A DNA stretch of 53,606 nucleotides from Bdellovibrio sp. (GCA_046318155.1 JBKCUU010000067.1:1-53606); one strand, 5' to 3'; positions 7,604-17,917 are shown, numbered from the stretch's first letter. Translations and numbers: made by a program. Notes: generated from the sequence alone by a model not told the origin.

Positions 7604-8507
7604 CTTGTTTTGTCCCCTTGCGCCCCGGATGCCGTTTGGCATGGTGGGCGCAGTTCTTTGAGCACACCTGACCGACAATGTCTTGCGGTTCACAGGTCAC
7701 GCACACGATAAACTCAGAATCACAGCGAACGCACGTCTTGGGCACTTCGCCAGGCTGACCGCAGTGCGGGCAAAGCCGGTAAACTTTTGTGGGCTGAAGT
7801 TTTTGATCCAAAGCAATGCGGCTATCAAAGACAAAGCACTCGCCCTCAAATTGATCATCGGGTTTTTGCTCGAGATAATTGAGAATGCCGCCTTCAAGCT
7901 GGTACACGTTTTCGTACCCCGCTTTTTCAAGATCCAAGATGCCTTTTTCGCAGCGAATGCCGCCCGTGCAAAAAATTAGAATCTTTTGATCTTTCTCGTA
8001 TTTTTGTTTTTCAAAAAATTTTGGAAACTCGGTGAACTGTTCGATATTGGGATTGACCGCGTTTTTAAAAGTGCCAATCCGGTACTCATACCAATTGCGT
8101 GTATCAACGACGACGGTGCCCTCTTCCGACATTGCCTTGTTCCACTCGTCGGGGCTCAGGTGACGGTGATGAGTGTTGTCGGGAACCAGCTCGGGGACGC
8201 CCGCCGTGACAATCTCGGTGCGGACTTTGGATTTAAATTTTTGAAAAGGTGGCGTGTCACTGACTGAATCTTTAAAGAGCATGTCGCCGCAATCAAAGTT
8301 TTGGCTGACCCAGGTTTTGAAGCTCTCAAGGTTCTCTTTTGAGGTGGCTGCGCACGTGGTGTTGAAGCCCTCTTTGCCTAAGATCAAAAGTCCATAAAGC
8401 CCAAGTTCAGCGGCTTTTTGGTCCCACAAAGTTTTGACTTGATCGGGGTTTTCAAGGGCAAGAAAGCGATAAAAGGTGGTGACAAACCAGTGACGGGTCT
8501 CAGACAT
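7578..8507 (-). CDS. trhO: Rhodanese-domain tRNA uridine(34) hydroxylase (YceA/TrhO family)
   Basis: EGFN, DTRNWYEYRIGTF, FCTGGIRCEK, YQLEGGILNY and GECFVFD motifs; AAGGAG RBS before ATG 8507. Confidence 0.85.
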   Translation of the reverse strand: MSETRHWFVTTFYRFLALENPDQVKTLWDQKAAELGLYGLLILGKEGFNTTCAATSKENLESFKTWVSQNFDCGDMLFKDSVSDTPPFQKFKSKVRTEIVTAGVPELVPDNTHHRHLSPDEWNKAMSEEGTVVVDTRNWYEYRIGTFKNAVNPNIEQFTEFPKFFEKQKYEKDQKILIFCTGGIRCEKGILDLEKAGYENVYQLEGGILNYLEQKPDDQFEGECFVFDSRIALDQKLQPTKVYRLCPHCGQPGEVPKTCVRCDSEFIVCVTCEPQDIVGQVCSKNCAHHAKRHPGRKGTKQVKASSLRP

Positions 8508-8619
8508 ATCCACTCCTTGGGGTTCAAGCCCAAAAGTTTTGCGGTAAACTAGCAACTAGCCCGGGTGCGTTCAAGGTATTTGTTGCGCCCCGGCAGGCCC
8601 CTCATTAGATTGTCACCCT

Positions 8620-10215
8620 ATGCTTTTGACCGGAGTTCAGGCCAACGAAATTAAGCGCCGCCGCACCTTTGCCATCATCTCTCACCCGGATGCGGGCAAA
8701 ACCACCCTCACCGAAAAACTTCTGTACCACGGGGGCGTGATCCATCAAACGGGTGAGGTCAAAGGCAAAAAAGGCACCAAAGCCGTGACCTCCGATTGGA
8801 TGGAAATGGAGCGCGAAAAAGGGATCTCGATCACCTCGTCCGTGATGACCTTTGATTACGATTCTTTGCGCGTGAATTTGCTGGATACTCCTGGTCACAA
8901 AGACTTCTCTGAAGACACCTACCGAGTTTTGATGGCCGTGGACTCGGCCTGTATGTTGATCGATGTCGCCAAGGGCGTCGAGGAGCGGACAAAAAAACTG
9001 TACGAAGTTTGCCGCTACCGTCAAATTCCGATCTTTACTTTTATCAACAAACTTGACCGTGAAGGTAAAGCGCCACTTGAACTCTTAGATGAAGTTGAAA
9101 CGACGCTGCAGATGAGCTGCTACCCGCTGACTTGGCCCATCGGTATTGGCAATCGCTTCGCCGGGATTTACAACCGACTGACCAAAGAGGTGATGCTGTA
9201 CGATCAGCGCCGCGAGGAAGTCGAGCAGGTCGAGTCTTTCAAAGTCGATGACCCCACCTGGAAAGCCAAAGTTCACCCCGATATCTACGCTCAATTTCAA
9301 GAAGAGCTCGCCTTGGTTGAGGGCGTTTTGCCTGAGTTTGACGTTGAGCTCTTTTTGAAAGGCAAAATTTCGCCGCTCACCTGGGGTTCGGCCAAGCAAA
9401 ATTTTGGCGTCGATACGTTTCTTAAGTTTTTTTGCTCTTATGCGCCCGGGCCGCAGGCTCGAACGACCAAAAACGAAACGGCCATTGATCCACTGGATTC
9501 GAACTTCACTGGCTTTGTCTTTAAAATTCAGGCCAACATGGACCGTCGCCACCGTGACCGCGTCGCTTTTTTAAGGATTTGCTCCGGCAAGTTCGAGCGC
9601 GGGATGAAGATCCAGCATTCGCGGCACGACAAAGAGATCCGCCTTGCTTACTCGAATCAGTTCATCGCTGCCGAGCGCGAAACGGTCGATGAGGCCTACG
9701 CCGGCGACATTGTGGGCGTGAATGACACAGGTAACTTCGCCATCGGCGATAGTGTCGGCAGCCTGTCGAAAGTTGTTTTCGAAGACATTCCGAAGTTTGC
9801 GCCTGAACTTTTTGCGCGGATGTCCGTTCGAGATGCGCTTCGCCGCAAAAAGATGCAAGAAGCCCTCGTGCACCTTTCTGAAGAGGGTGCGATTCAGCTT
9901 TTTATTGATCCATTTGTCGGGGCTCAAGATCCCATTATCGGCGTGATCGGTGAGCTGCAGTTTGAGGTGCTTATGCGCCGAATGCAGGACGAGTATAATC
10001 TTGAAGTCAAATTGATCCGGCTCTCTTATACTGTTGCGCGCTGGCCTCGCAGTGCCGATGGCAAAGGCGTCGATCAACTCAAAGGCAACTTCACCATCTA
10101 CCGCGATTTGATTGAACAGCCGGTGATTTTGCTGGATCAAGAATGGGATCTGAACTGGGCCAAAAAAGAGAACCCCGACGTGGACTTTGCAACGTCGATC
10201 GCTCGCGCCCGCTAA
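8620..10215 (+). CDS. prfC: Peptide chain release factor 3
   Basis: RRTFAIISHPDAGKTTLTEKLL, SDWMEMEREKGISIT, DTPGHKDFSEDTYR. Confidence 0.97.
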   Translation: MLLTGVQANEIKRRRTFAIISHPDAGKTTLTEKLLYHGGVIHQTGEVKGKKGTKAVTSDWMEMEREKGISITSSVMTFDYDSLRVNLLDTPGHKDFSEDTYRVLMAVDSACMLIDVAKGVEERTKKLYEVCRYRQIPIFTFINKLDREGKAPLELLDEVETTLQMSCYPLTWPIGIGNRFAGIYNRLTKEVMLYDQRREEVEQVESFKVDDPTWKAKVHPDIYAQFQEELALVEGVLPEFDVELFLKGKISPLTWGSAKQNFGVDTFLKFFCSYAPGPQARTTKNETAIDPLDSNFTGFVFKIQANMDRRHRDRVAFLRICSGKFERGMKIQHSRHDKEIRLAYSNQFIAAERETVDEAYAGDIVGVNDTGNFAIGDSVGSLSKVVFEDIPKFAPELFARMSVRDALRRKKMQEALVHLSEEGAIQLFIDPFVGAQDPIIGVIGELQFEVLMRRMQDEYNLEVKLIRLSYTVARWPRSADGKGVDQLKGNFTIYRDLIEQPVILLDQEWDLNWAKKENPDVDFATSIARAR

Positions 10216-10256
10216 TTTTTTGCTGGCAGGAGCCGTAACATAAGAGTTGTTTTGTT

Positions 10257-10302
10257 TTGAGTTGGCCCAAAGGACCATGTTGAGTTGGCCCAAAGGGCCC
10301 TG
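10257..10302 (+). repeat. 23-bp tandem direct repeat, two copies
   Basis: TTGAGTTGGCCCAAAGGACCATG / TTGAGTTGGCCCAAAGGGCCCTG. Confidence 0.85.
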
Positions 10303-10328
10303 TTGTTGACGAAAGTTAGGCACGAAGA

Positions 10329-11270
10329 ATGTCGAATCAAGCGCCGCCGCCGCCCCTCGAGATCACAAAGGTGAAAAAGACCTACACCAACGCCAAGCTC
10401 GGTGTTGTTGAGGCGGTCAAAAGTGTTTCGTTCTCAATTAAGCCGGGTGAAATCTATGGCCTGCTAGGGCCAAATGGCGCGGGTAAGACGACGCTCATCT
10501 CGATGATCACCACGCTCGAAAGTCCAACCGAAGGCGAGATCAAAGTTTTTGGTGAGTCGACGCAGACCAATTCGGCTTTTACCAAAAAGCAAATCGGTGT
10601 CGTTCCTCAAGAAATCGTGACTCAGGGATTTTTTAATCTCACTGAAATTTTGCAATTTCATTCGGGTTACTACGGCGTTCGGGGCAACCGCGAGCGGATT
10701 GACTATTTGCTCAAGCGGTTGGGCCTTTGGGATCACCGCAATAAATTGGTCAAACAACTCTCGGGCGGCATGAAACGCCGGCTGATGATTGCAAAAGCCT
10801 TAGTCCACAAGCCCAAGCTCTTATTGCTGGATGAGCCCACCGCCGGTGTTGATCTTGAACTTCGCACCAGTCTTTGGGAGTTCGTTCGAGATTTGCAAAA
10901 AGAAGGCATTTCAATCTTGCTGACGACGCATTACCTCCAAGAAGCCGAAGCTCTGTGTGAACGGGTGGGGATTATTAATAAAGGCGCTCTCGTCTTTAAT
11001 GGTGAGACTAAATCGATCATCAGCAAACTGACCCGCCGAACCGTCGAAATGGAGCTGAGGAGCTTGCCGACCTGGACTTTGCCCGAGGGAGTTCAGCTTC
11101 TTTCGCAGAGAGACAACCGTGCGGTGTTCTCAACGGCGAGCGAAATGTCGGTGGGGGCTTTACTTTTAGGCTTGGCGATTAAACCGGACCAACTGGTTGA
11201 TATCAAAACACGTGAGGGCTCGCTTGAAGAGGCGTTTTTGAACGTGGTTCAGAAAGGAGCCCATTTATGA
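10329..11270 (+). CDS. ABC-2 transporter ATP-binding protein (YadG-like)
   Basis: GPNGAGKTT, LSGGMKRR, LLLLDEPTAGVD. Confidence 0.92.
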   Translation: MSNQAPPPPLEITKVKKTYTNAKLGVVEAVKSVSFSIKPGEIYGLLGPNGAGKTTLISMITTLESPTEGEIKVFGESTQTNSAFTKKQIGVVPQEIVTQGFFNLTEILQFHSGYYGVRGNRERIDYLLKRLGLWDHRNKLVKQLSGGMKRRLMIAKALVHKPKLLLLDEPTAGVDLELRTSLWEFVRDLQKEGISILLTTHYLQEAEALCERVGIINKGALVFNGETKSIISKLTRRTVEMELRSLPTWTLPEGVQLLSQRDNRAVFSTASEMSVGALLLGLAIKPDQLVDIKTREGSLEEAFLNVVQKGAHL

Positions 11271-12040
11271 TTGGCTTCTTCAGTTTGTTTCACCGCGAGA
11301 TCGCCCGCTTTTTTAAAGTCATCGTGCAGACGATCATTACGCCTGCGGTCTCGAGCGCGCTTTATTTGTTGGTGTTTGGCGTGTCGCTGGGGTCAACGGT
11401 TCAGTCGCAAAACGGCGTTGATTATTTGGCCTTTTTGATTCCAGGTCTGATGATGATGGGTCTTTTGAACAACGCGTTTCAAAACTCGTCGTCTTCGATC
11501 GTGAACTCCAAGTACACCGGCGAACTCGAAGATTTGCGCGTGGTTCCTTTAAGTCATCACCAAATTATTGGGGCGATGAGTTTGGCCGCAATGGTTCGGG
11601 GTCTGGTCGTGGCGTTCGTCACGTTCATTGTCGGTACGATTTTTTATGCCATCATGCACGGTGGATTTATTGGCCTTCATTCGCCCTTTGAGTTTTTGTT
11701 TTTTACCGTGGTGGGGGGGCTTGTCTTCGGGATGCTAGGACTTGCAGCCGCTTTTTACGCGAAGTCCTTCGATCAGCTAAGCGCTGTTTCGGCCTTTATC
11801 CTTTTGCCATTGACCTACTTGGGCGGGGTGTTTATCTCGATCAAGAACTTGAGCCCGTTTTGGCAGCAGGTGTCGGCCTTAAATCCGCTACTTTATTTTA
11901 TCAACGGACTTCGTCATGCCATTTTAGGCGTGAGCGATATTCCGGTGGGTCAATCGATGCTTGTCAGTTTGTTTGGCTTGGGGCTTTTTTACGTTTTGGC
12001 ATTGCTCGCTCTAAAGCGCGGCAATTTTCATAGGTGGTAA
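11267..12040 (+). CDS. ABC-2 transporter permease (YadH-like)
   Basis: REIARF, YLAFLIPGL, PLTYLGGVF, NPLLYFINGLR; about six TM segments. Confidence 0.9.
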   Translation: MIGFFSLFHREIARFFKVIVQTIITPAVSSALYLLVFGVSLGSTVQSQNGVDYLAFLIPGLMMMGLLNNAFQNSSSSIVNSKYTGELEDLRVVPLSHHQIIGAMSLAAMVRGLVVAFVTFIVGTIFYAIMHGGFIGLHSPFEFLFFTVVGGLVFGMLGLAAAFYAKSFDQLSAVSAFILLPLTYLGGVFISIKNLSPFWQQVSALNPLLYFINGLRHAILGVSDIPVGQSMLVSLFGLGLFYVLALLALKRGNFHRW

Positions 12041-12043
12041 CGC

Positions 12044-13372
12044 ATGTTTGATAATCTTTCGGATAAAATGCTCGCGAGCATCAAAAAAATTCGCGGTCAA
12101 AATAAAATCACCGAAGCCAACATCGAAGAGACGCTGCGCGAGATTCGTCTTAATTTGCTTGAGGCCGATGTTAATTTTAAAGTGGTTAAAAGTTTTATCG
12201 ACCGGGTCAAAACCAAGGCACTGGGTGCTGAGGTTCTCTCGTCACTGAACCCAGGGCAGCAGTTCGTCAATATCGTTCATCAAGAGTTGATTGAGACTTT
12301 AGGTGGCCAAGCCGCCCAACTGAATTGCCGCGAAAAGCTCTCGACTCTGATGTTGGTTGGTCTGCAAGGAGCGGGTAAGACAACCTCGGCGGCAAAACTT
12401 GCACTTTATATTCGACAAAAGCTTGGCAAAAAGCCGGGACTGGTACCCGCTGATATCTATCGTCCTGCCGCAATTGATCAGTTGCAGACACTGGCAAAGT
12501 CCAACGGGATCCCTGTTTTTCCCTCCCGTTCAGAGCAAAAACCCGAAGAGATCGTGATCCAGGCTCAGCAATGGGCGAGTGAGAACATGATCGAAGTTTT
12601 GATTATCGATACGGCGGGCCGCCTACAAATCGACGACGCTTTGATGAGTGAGCTTCAGCGGGTTAAAGAAATCGCGAACCCGCAAGAAATTTTACTTGTT
12701 GCTGACGCCATGCTGGGGCAGCAAGCGGTCAATGTTGCTGAAGGGTTTCATGGCCGCTTGGGTCTGACGGGGCTTGTTTTGACAAAAGTCGACGGGGACG
12801 CCCGCGGCGGTGCCGCGCTCTCGATCCGAGAAGTGACCGGCATTCCAATTAAATTTTTAGGTGTCGGCGAAAAAGTCGCGGCCCTTGAGGTGTTTCATCC
12901 TGATCGCTTGGCGGGGCGGATCTTGGATATGGGAGATGTTCTCACCTTGGTTGAGCGCGCTAAAGACGTGATCGACGAAAAGTCAGCCCGAGATTCTGCG
13001 CGCAAAATGATGAAGAATGAATTCTCGCTCGAGGATTTCTTAGCACAGATTCAGACGCTCAAAAAAATGGGCGGCCTTGAAAGTATGATGAAGTTTTTAC
13101 CGGGAATGGGGAAACTCACGAAGCAAATGGAAGGCATGGCGCCGCCTGATGGTGAGATCAAAAAGATCGAGGCCATCATTCAATCCATGACAATCCAAGA
13201 GCGCCGGAAGCCAGATGTTTTAAATGCATCGCGTCGCGAGCGGATAGCCTTGGGCTCAGGAACTCAGGTTCAGGACATCAACAAGCTGGTGCGCCAGTTT
13301 GAGCAAGCCAAGAAAATGATGTCGGGAATGATGAAGATGGGCCTGGGGAAGGGTGGCCGGGGGGTGTTTTAA
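12044..13372 (+). CDS. ffh: Signal recognition particle protein
   Basis: GLQGAGKTT, DTAGR, TKVDGDARGGAALS and Met-rich M domain. Confidence 0.98.
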   Translation: MFDNLSDKMLASIKKIRGQNKITEANIEETLREIRLNLLEADVNFKVVKSFIDRVKTKALGAEVLSSLNPGQQFVNIVHQELIETLGGQAAQLNCREKLSTLMLVGLQGAGKTTSAAKLALYIRQKLGKKPGLVPADIYRPAAIDQLQTLAKSNGIPVFPSRSEQKPEEIVIQAQQWASENMIEVLIIDTAGRLQIDDALMSELQRVKEIANPQEILLVADAMLGQQAVNVAEGFHGRLGLTGLVLTKVDGDARGGAALSIREVTGIPIKFLGVGEKVAALEVFHPDRLAGRILDMGDVLTLVERAKDVIDEKSARDSARKMMKNEFSLEDFLAQIQTLKKMGGLESMMKFLPGMGKLTKQMEGMAPPDGEIKKIEAIIQSMTIQERRKPDVLNASRRERIALGSGTQVQDINKLVRQFEQAKKMMSGMMKMGLGKGGRGVF

Positions 13373-13472
13373 TGTTTCCCCTTGCCACACGGGTGCAAAA
13401 CCCTTAGATAATTGGACTTCAAATGCGCTCTTAAAGAGCGTGGACGCCCTATGGGCTTTAAGAAAGGTTCTC

Positions 13473-13727
13473 ATGGCTGTAGTCATTCGACTTGCTCGTT
13501 TCGGAACGAAACATGCTCCCAAGTATCGTATCACGGTGGCGGATTCTCGCCGTTATGTGACCGGTAAATTCCTTGAAGTTTTGGGGACCTACAATCCGAC
13601 TCCCTCTGGCCAAGACAAAAAAGTCGTGATGGACGTGGCGAAAGCGCAGGAGTGGATCAAAAAGGGTGCTCAGCCTACTGATCGCGTTAAACACGTGATG
13701 AAACTCGCCGAACAAGCGACAAATTAG
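13473..13727 (+). CDS. rpsP: 30S ribosomal protein S16
   Basis: MAVVIRLARFG...YRITVADSR...GAQPTDRV; start reassigned to ATG 13473. Confidence 0.97.
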   Translation: MAVVIRLARFGTKHAPKYRITVADSRRYVTGKFLEVLGTYNPTPSGQDKKVVMDVAKAQEWIKKGAQPTDRVKHVMKLAEQATN

Positions 13728-13849
13728 CACTGGCCTTGAGGCTCCACGGGATTTTAACCCGTTCCCTCAAAAGAGTGTAGACCTCGCAATTGGGTCGGGT
13801 TATTTCTAAGAACTCGATTAAATATTGTTGAGTTGGGTAAGGAGAAACA

Positions 13850-14095
13850 ATGGACCAATCAAGTTTGAAAGAACTCGTTGAATACATGGCCAAGTCACTT
13901 GTTGATTCGCCAGACGATGTTGAGGTCAACGAAGTGATCGGTGAGCAAACGACAGTTGTTGAGCTCAAAGTGGCCAAATCGGACTTGGGTAAAGTCATCG
14001 GTAAGCAAGGCCGCACCGCCCGCTCGATGCGTACGATCCTGAACGCTGCTTCGACCAAACTGAACAAGCGCAGTGTTCTTGAGATTGTTGAATAG
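13850..14095 (+). CDS. khpA: KH-domain RNA-binding protein (KhpA/YlqC)
   Basis: [17 protein letters not shown]; conserved position after rpsP. Confidence 0.93.
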   Translation: MDQSSLKELVEYMAKSLVDSPDDVEVNEVIGEQTTVVELKVAKSDLGKVIGKQGRTARSMRTILNAASTKLNKRSVLEIVE

Positions 14096-14181
14096 AATCA
14101 AAACCCTTCAAGAGGGTTCGAGTGGGATTCAAGTTTCAGAAAGGTTTTGAGTTCATTTGTATCTAGCTTTAAGAAGTGTTT

Positions 14182-14207
14182 AAAAGGGAGCGGCAAGCTC
14201 CCTTTTT
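14182..14207 (+). terminator. Rho-independent terminator-like hairpin after khpA
   Basis: AAAAGGGAGC-GGCAA-GCTCCCTTTTT. Confidence 0.7.
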
Positions 14208-14226
14208 GTTTTTGGGGAGGTCTGAA

Positions 14227-14742
14227 TTGTCGTGGCAGAGAGTTGGTAAGGTCATGGAGGCCAAGGGTCTTGGCGGCGAGATTTTTATCCTGCTGTTTTC
14301 AAAGGACTCATCGTGGATTTCAAATCTGTCAAAGTTTGCCTTGGCCACCGACGATCAGGGGCCGTTTGAAGTTTTCGCCGTTGAAAAAGCAAGGGAGCAA
14401 AAAAACGGCTTTATTGTGAAGACGAAAGGTCTGATTGACCGTACGGCGGCTGAGAAAAGGCGCGGCTCTTTTTTTTACGTGATGCCCGATGTTTTGGTTT
14501 CGAAAAAAGGAGACACGATCTTTTTGAGCGAGATCAAAGGTTTTCTTGTTTTTGATGGTGAAGCTGAGGTCGGCCCGATTGTTTCTTTTTCAAGCAATGG
14601 TCCCCAGGATATTCTGATCGTCGACAAGGGTGGCCGCGAGGTTTCGATTCCTTTTATTGAGGTGTTTATCAAGTCAATTGATTTCCCGAATCGGCGTGTG
14701 CACATGAGTTTACCCGAGGGGCTGCTTGAGGTAGATGAGTGA
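14227..14742 (+). CDS. rimM: Ribosome maturation factor RimM
   Basis: VGKV...GLGGE, DRTAAE, QDIL and IPFI motifs; GGAGG RBS before TTG 14227; synteny. Confidence 0.9.
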   Translation: MSWQRVGKVMEAKGLGGEIFILLFSKDSSWISNLSKFALATDDQGPFEVFAVEKAREQKNGFIVKTKGLIDRTAAEKRRGSFFYVMPDVLVSKKGDTIFLSEIKGFLVFDGEAEVGPIVSFSSNGPQDILIVDKGGREVSIPFIEVFIKSIDFPNRRVHMSLPEGLLEVDE

Positions 14743-15536
14743 AGGCTCACTTTCAGGTCATTACTTTGTTTCCTGCTATGATCGAATCCTTGTTTGCTGA
14801 CGGGGTGATCGGCAACGCTCGAAAAAAGAATCTGATCGAACTCACCATAATCAATCCACGTGAATTTACCATTGATGTGCATCACACCGTTGACGACCGC
14901 CCTTTTGGCGGCGGCGATGGGATGATTGGTTTGGCCGAACCGCTCTGGCAATCCTGGCAAAGGGCGCAAACGCATGACGACAAAACTCAGCTGCTCTATC
15001 TCTCGCCGCAAGGAGAGACGTTGACGGACTCGCTGGTTCGTGAACTGGCGCAGAGCCCAAGGCTCACGTTGTTGTGTGGCCGGTATGGCGGTGTTGATCA
15101 GCGCTTTTTGATTCGGTCAAAAGCGCGGGAGATCTCAATCGGCGATTATGTGTTGTCGGGCGGAGAGCTTGCTGCCGGTGTCGTGATTGATGCGGTCTCG
15201 AGGCAAGTTCCGGGCGTCTTAGGTCACGCGGATTCAGCTCAGAAAGAGTCTTTTGCCTCTGGTGGTCTTGAGGCTCCACAATTTACGCGGCCTCGCCAGT
15301 GGCAGGGACTGCAAGTTCCTGAGGCTTTGATGTCTGGTCATCATGTCAAAATCGAAGAGTGGCGGCGCTGGGTGTCCTTGTTGGTCACAATCGTGAAGCG
15401 GCCTGATCTTGTGGATTTGAGTCAGCTCTCTCCAAAAGAGCGCAAACAGCTGAAAGTCTTTTTGCAGTCGTTGCCTCAAGCTGATGTGATAGTTTTAGGT
15501 CTCGAGTCGCTTGCAAGTCGAGATCTGGATGGCTAG
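14739..15536 (+). CDS. trmD: tRNA (guanine37-N1)-methyltransferase
   Basis: VDDRPFGGGDGM, LSPQG, CGRYGGVDQR, SIGDYVLSGGE. Confidence 0.97.
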   Translation: MKAHFQVITLFPAMIESLFADGVIGNARKKNLIELTIINPREFTIDVHHTVDDRPFGGGDGMIGLAEPLWQSWQRAQTHDDKTQLLYLSPQGETLTDSLVRELAQSPRLTLLCGRYGGVDQRFLIRSKAREISIGDYVLSGGELAAGVVIDAVSRQVPGVLGHADSAQKESFASGGLEAPQFTRPRQWQGLQVPEALMSGHHVKIEEWRRWVSLLVTIVKRPDLVDLSQLSPKERKQLKVFLQSLPQADVIVLGLESLASRDLDG

Positions 15537-16128
15537 AACTTCGGAACTTATGATCTCAGATATCGAAGTCCCACGCATGGCTATCGGGCTTTTGCATTAT
15601 CCCATCAAAGACACCAAAAAGCAGATCGTGGCGACCAATATCACCAATTTTGATATTCACGATATCGCCCGCGCCTCGACAGTTTATGGCGTCGAAAAGT
15701 ACTACCTGATTCATCCCATGCAGGAGCAATTGATGTTCGTCGACCGAGTGCTGGATCACTGGCGTATCGGCGAGGGCTCCAAGTTCAATCAATCCCGCAA
15801 AAAGGCGCTTAAAAACGTGCAGACAGCCACCTCGCTCGAAGCAGCCTTAGCCGATTGGAACACGGATTGCCTCACGGTGGGGACCCATGCGCAGCCCGTT
15901 GCAGGGACCCGGCACTTTACGATCCCCGAGCTCCGGGATGAGATGCGAATCGAAAAAAAGCCTATTTTTTTGCTCTTTGGAACCGGGTCCGGCATGACCG
16001 ACGAGTTTATGCAGGGCTTAGATGCGATCGTAGAGAGTATACGCGGTGCTCCGCCGCAAGATTTTAGGCATCTTTCCGTTCGGTCCGCCGTGAGTATCTA
16101 TCTTGACCGACTCATGGGGCCATGGTAG
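15529..16128 (+). CDS. TrmD-associated SPOUT RNA methyltransferase-like protein
   Basis: LLHYP, TNFDIHDIAR, LLFGTGSG, HLSVRSAVSIYLDRL. Confidence 0.85.
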   Translation: MARTSELMISDIEVPRMAIGLLHYPIKDTKKQIVATNITNFDIHDIARASTVYGVEKYYLIHPMQEQLMFVDRVLDHWRIGEGSKFNQSRKKALKNVQTATSLEAALADWNTDCLTVGTHAQPVAGTRHFTIPELRDEMRIEKKPIFLLFGTGSGMTDEFMQGLDAIVESIRGAPPQDFRHLSVRSAVSIYLDRLMGPW

Positions 16129-16221
16129 CTCCTTTGTTTCGTTTCGGTTTGAGAACACGTTGTCCCGTGGGGATGACGACTTAAGACGCCCTTTGGGGGC
16201 GATTTTTTTATGAGGCAGCAG

Positions 16222-16692
16222 ATGGCAACACGTGGACTAGAATTGGTGAGACAACTCACCCTCAAAAATAAAAAGAACGCACAGATCGTAACCTTCACTC
16301 CTGGCGACACTGTGAACGTTTTTGTTAAAGTAAAAGAAGGCGAAAAAGAACGCATTCAGGTTTACAAAGGAATCGTCACAAAACTTCAAGGTGCAGGTGC
16401 ATCGCGCTCTTTCACTGTTCGTAAAATTTCTGCTGGCGTCGGCGTTGAACGAACCTTTCCTTTCGCAAGCCCGGCCGTTGATCGCGTCGAATTGGTGAGT
16501 ATCGGAACCGTTCGCCGCGCAAAACTTTATTACTTGCGTGAACGCGAAGGTAAAGCCGCAAAAATCGACTCTGAATTGGCGGCTGCTGCTCCCGCAGCTC
16601 CTCAGGAAGCTTCTGCTGAAGGAGCTGAGCCCACAGCTCCCAAAGTTAAAAAAGAGAAAAAAGCCAAAGGTGCAAAAGCCGCTAAGAAATAA
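16222..16692 (+). CDS. rplS: 50S ribosomal protein L19 with Ala/Lys-rich C-terminal tail
   Basis: [50 protein letters not shown] before ATG 16222. Confidence 0.97.
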   Translation: MATRGLELVRQLTLKNKKNAQIVTFTPGDTVNVFVKVKEGEKERIQVYKGIVTKLQGAGASRSFTVRKISAGVGVERTFPFASPAVDRVELVSIGTVRRAKLYYLREREGKAAKIDSELAAAAPAAPQEASAEGAEPTAPKVKKEKKAKGAKAAKK

Positions 16693-16757
16693 GCTTTTGT
16701 CGGGTGTCTCTGTTTGATGATTGAGTTGATTGAACGGAGATTACAAAAAATAGTCAT

Positions 16758-16793
16758 TTAAAACGGGAGGCGCAGGCTTCCCGTTTTAATTTT
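16758..16793 (+). terminator. Rho-independent terminator after rplS
   Basis: TTAAAACGGGAGGC-GCAG-GCTTCCCGTTTTAA. Confidence 0.75.
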
Positions 16794-16925
16794 CCCCTCG
16801 GTGCTTTCGATGAGCATTGTTCTTCTTAAAGAAGAATGTTGAAAGTTCTGCGAGCCCAGATCAAACTCTGGCGTGAAATGCTTCATCTTCAAAGAGAACA
16901 AAGATCAAAGTCTGGTCCCTTAAAG

Positions 16926-17540
16926 ATGGCGACTTATGAAAAAGTCGACTGGAAAGCTTTAGGACCTGGCCCGATCATTGGTGTGGATGAAGTCGGCCGT
17001 GGCTGCCTGGCAGGCCCCGTGGTCGCCGGAGCTGCCCTGTTACGGTCAGACACTTGTCTTGAATTTTTAACCGACTCAAAGCTCTTGTCCGAGAAGCAGC
17101 GCGAGAACTATGCGCCGCAAATTGAATCGGCCCATTGGATTGGTATCGGTGTTGCGAGTGTTGAAGAGATTGATTCGATCAATATCTTGCAGGCCAGTTT
17201 GCTGGCCATGCGCCGGGCGGTTGAACAGCTCGAGAAAAAGATCAAGGCCCAGGCGGGGCATGTTTTGATCGATGGCAACAGGATGATTCCATCTTTTGAG
17301 CGCCGGCAAACCACTTTTATCAAAGGGGATCTGCGGGTGGCACCGATTTCGGCTGCGGCGATCGTTGCTAAGGTCTTTCGTGATCAAATGATGCGTGAAC
17401 TAGGAGAGCAGTTTCCACAATATGGATTTCAAGGTCACAAAGGTTACGCCAGCCAAACGCACAAAAAAGCCATTGAAGAACATGGTCCCTGCCTTTGGCA
17501 TCGCAAGACCTTTAGCGGGGTCAAAGAACACCTCCGGTAA
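16926..17540 (+). CDS. rnhB: Ribonuclease HII
   Basis: [33 protein letters not shown]; start codon uncertain. Confidence 0.95.
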   Translation: MATYEKVDWKALGPGPIIGVDEVGRGCLAGPVVAGAALLRSDTCLEFLTDSKLLSEKQRENYAPQIESAHWIGIGVASVEEIDSINILQASLLAMRRAVEQLEKKIKAQAGHVLIDGNRMIPSFERRQTTFIKGDLRVAPISAAAIVAKVFRDQMMRELGEQFPQYGFQGHKGYASQTHKKAIEEHGPCLWHRKTFSGVKEHLR

Positions 17541-17541
17541 A

Positions 17542-17871
17542 GTGGCCGGTCACGTTTCTGGGCGGCTGGCTGAACAAAAAGTGGCCCAAGCGCTCACGTC
17601 ATACGGCTGTCACGTCTTGGCCCGCAATTTGGTCATTGTTGGTGTTGAAATTGATGTGCTCGCCGAAAAAGATGGCATCATGCATGTCATCGAAGTCAAA
17701 ACGATGAACCAATTGGAATATCTTGAAAGACGCGTCACACCCGCACAAGTGATTCGCATCCGCAGAGTCCTCCGATTGTTTTTAGAGCGAGGACAACCGG
17801 CACGTGCCCATCTGGTGTTGGTGCTGCCAGATCGGCTCAAGATCTTAAGCGATTTTTTTGTTTCAAGCTAG
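17542..17871 (+). CDS. YraN-family (UPF0102) protein
   Basis: G..AE...A..L...G..VLARN, EIDVLA and IEVKT; follows rnhB. Confidence 0.75.
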   Translation: MAGHVSGRLAEQKVAQALTSYGCHVLARNLVIVGVEIDVLAEKDGIMHVIEVKTMNQLEYLERRVTPAQVIRIRRVLRLFLERGQPARAHLVLVLPDRLKILSDFFVSS

Positions 17872-17917
17872 GACGTGTCCTCATTTGTCTGAACGGTCCG
17901 TCAAATGTGGCCACGTC

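Noticed and set aside
10257..10302. Possible CRISPR array
   Set aside because: Only two abutting copies, no spacers, no cas genes
9571..10323. Long antisense ORFs (this one, and 20392-21123, 41523-42224 and similar)
   Set aside because: Shadows of well-supported genes on the opposite strand, with no motifs of their own
13353..13472. N-terminal extensions in the ORF track (rpsP; also rimM, yraN, lptD, STAS, VKOR, lipB)
   Set aside because: Downstream starts with an RBS or coupling fit the family lengths better
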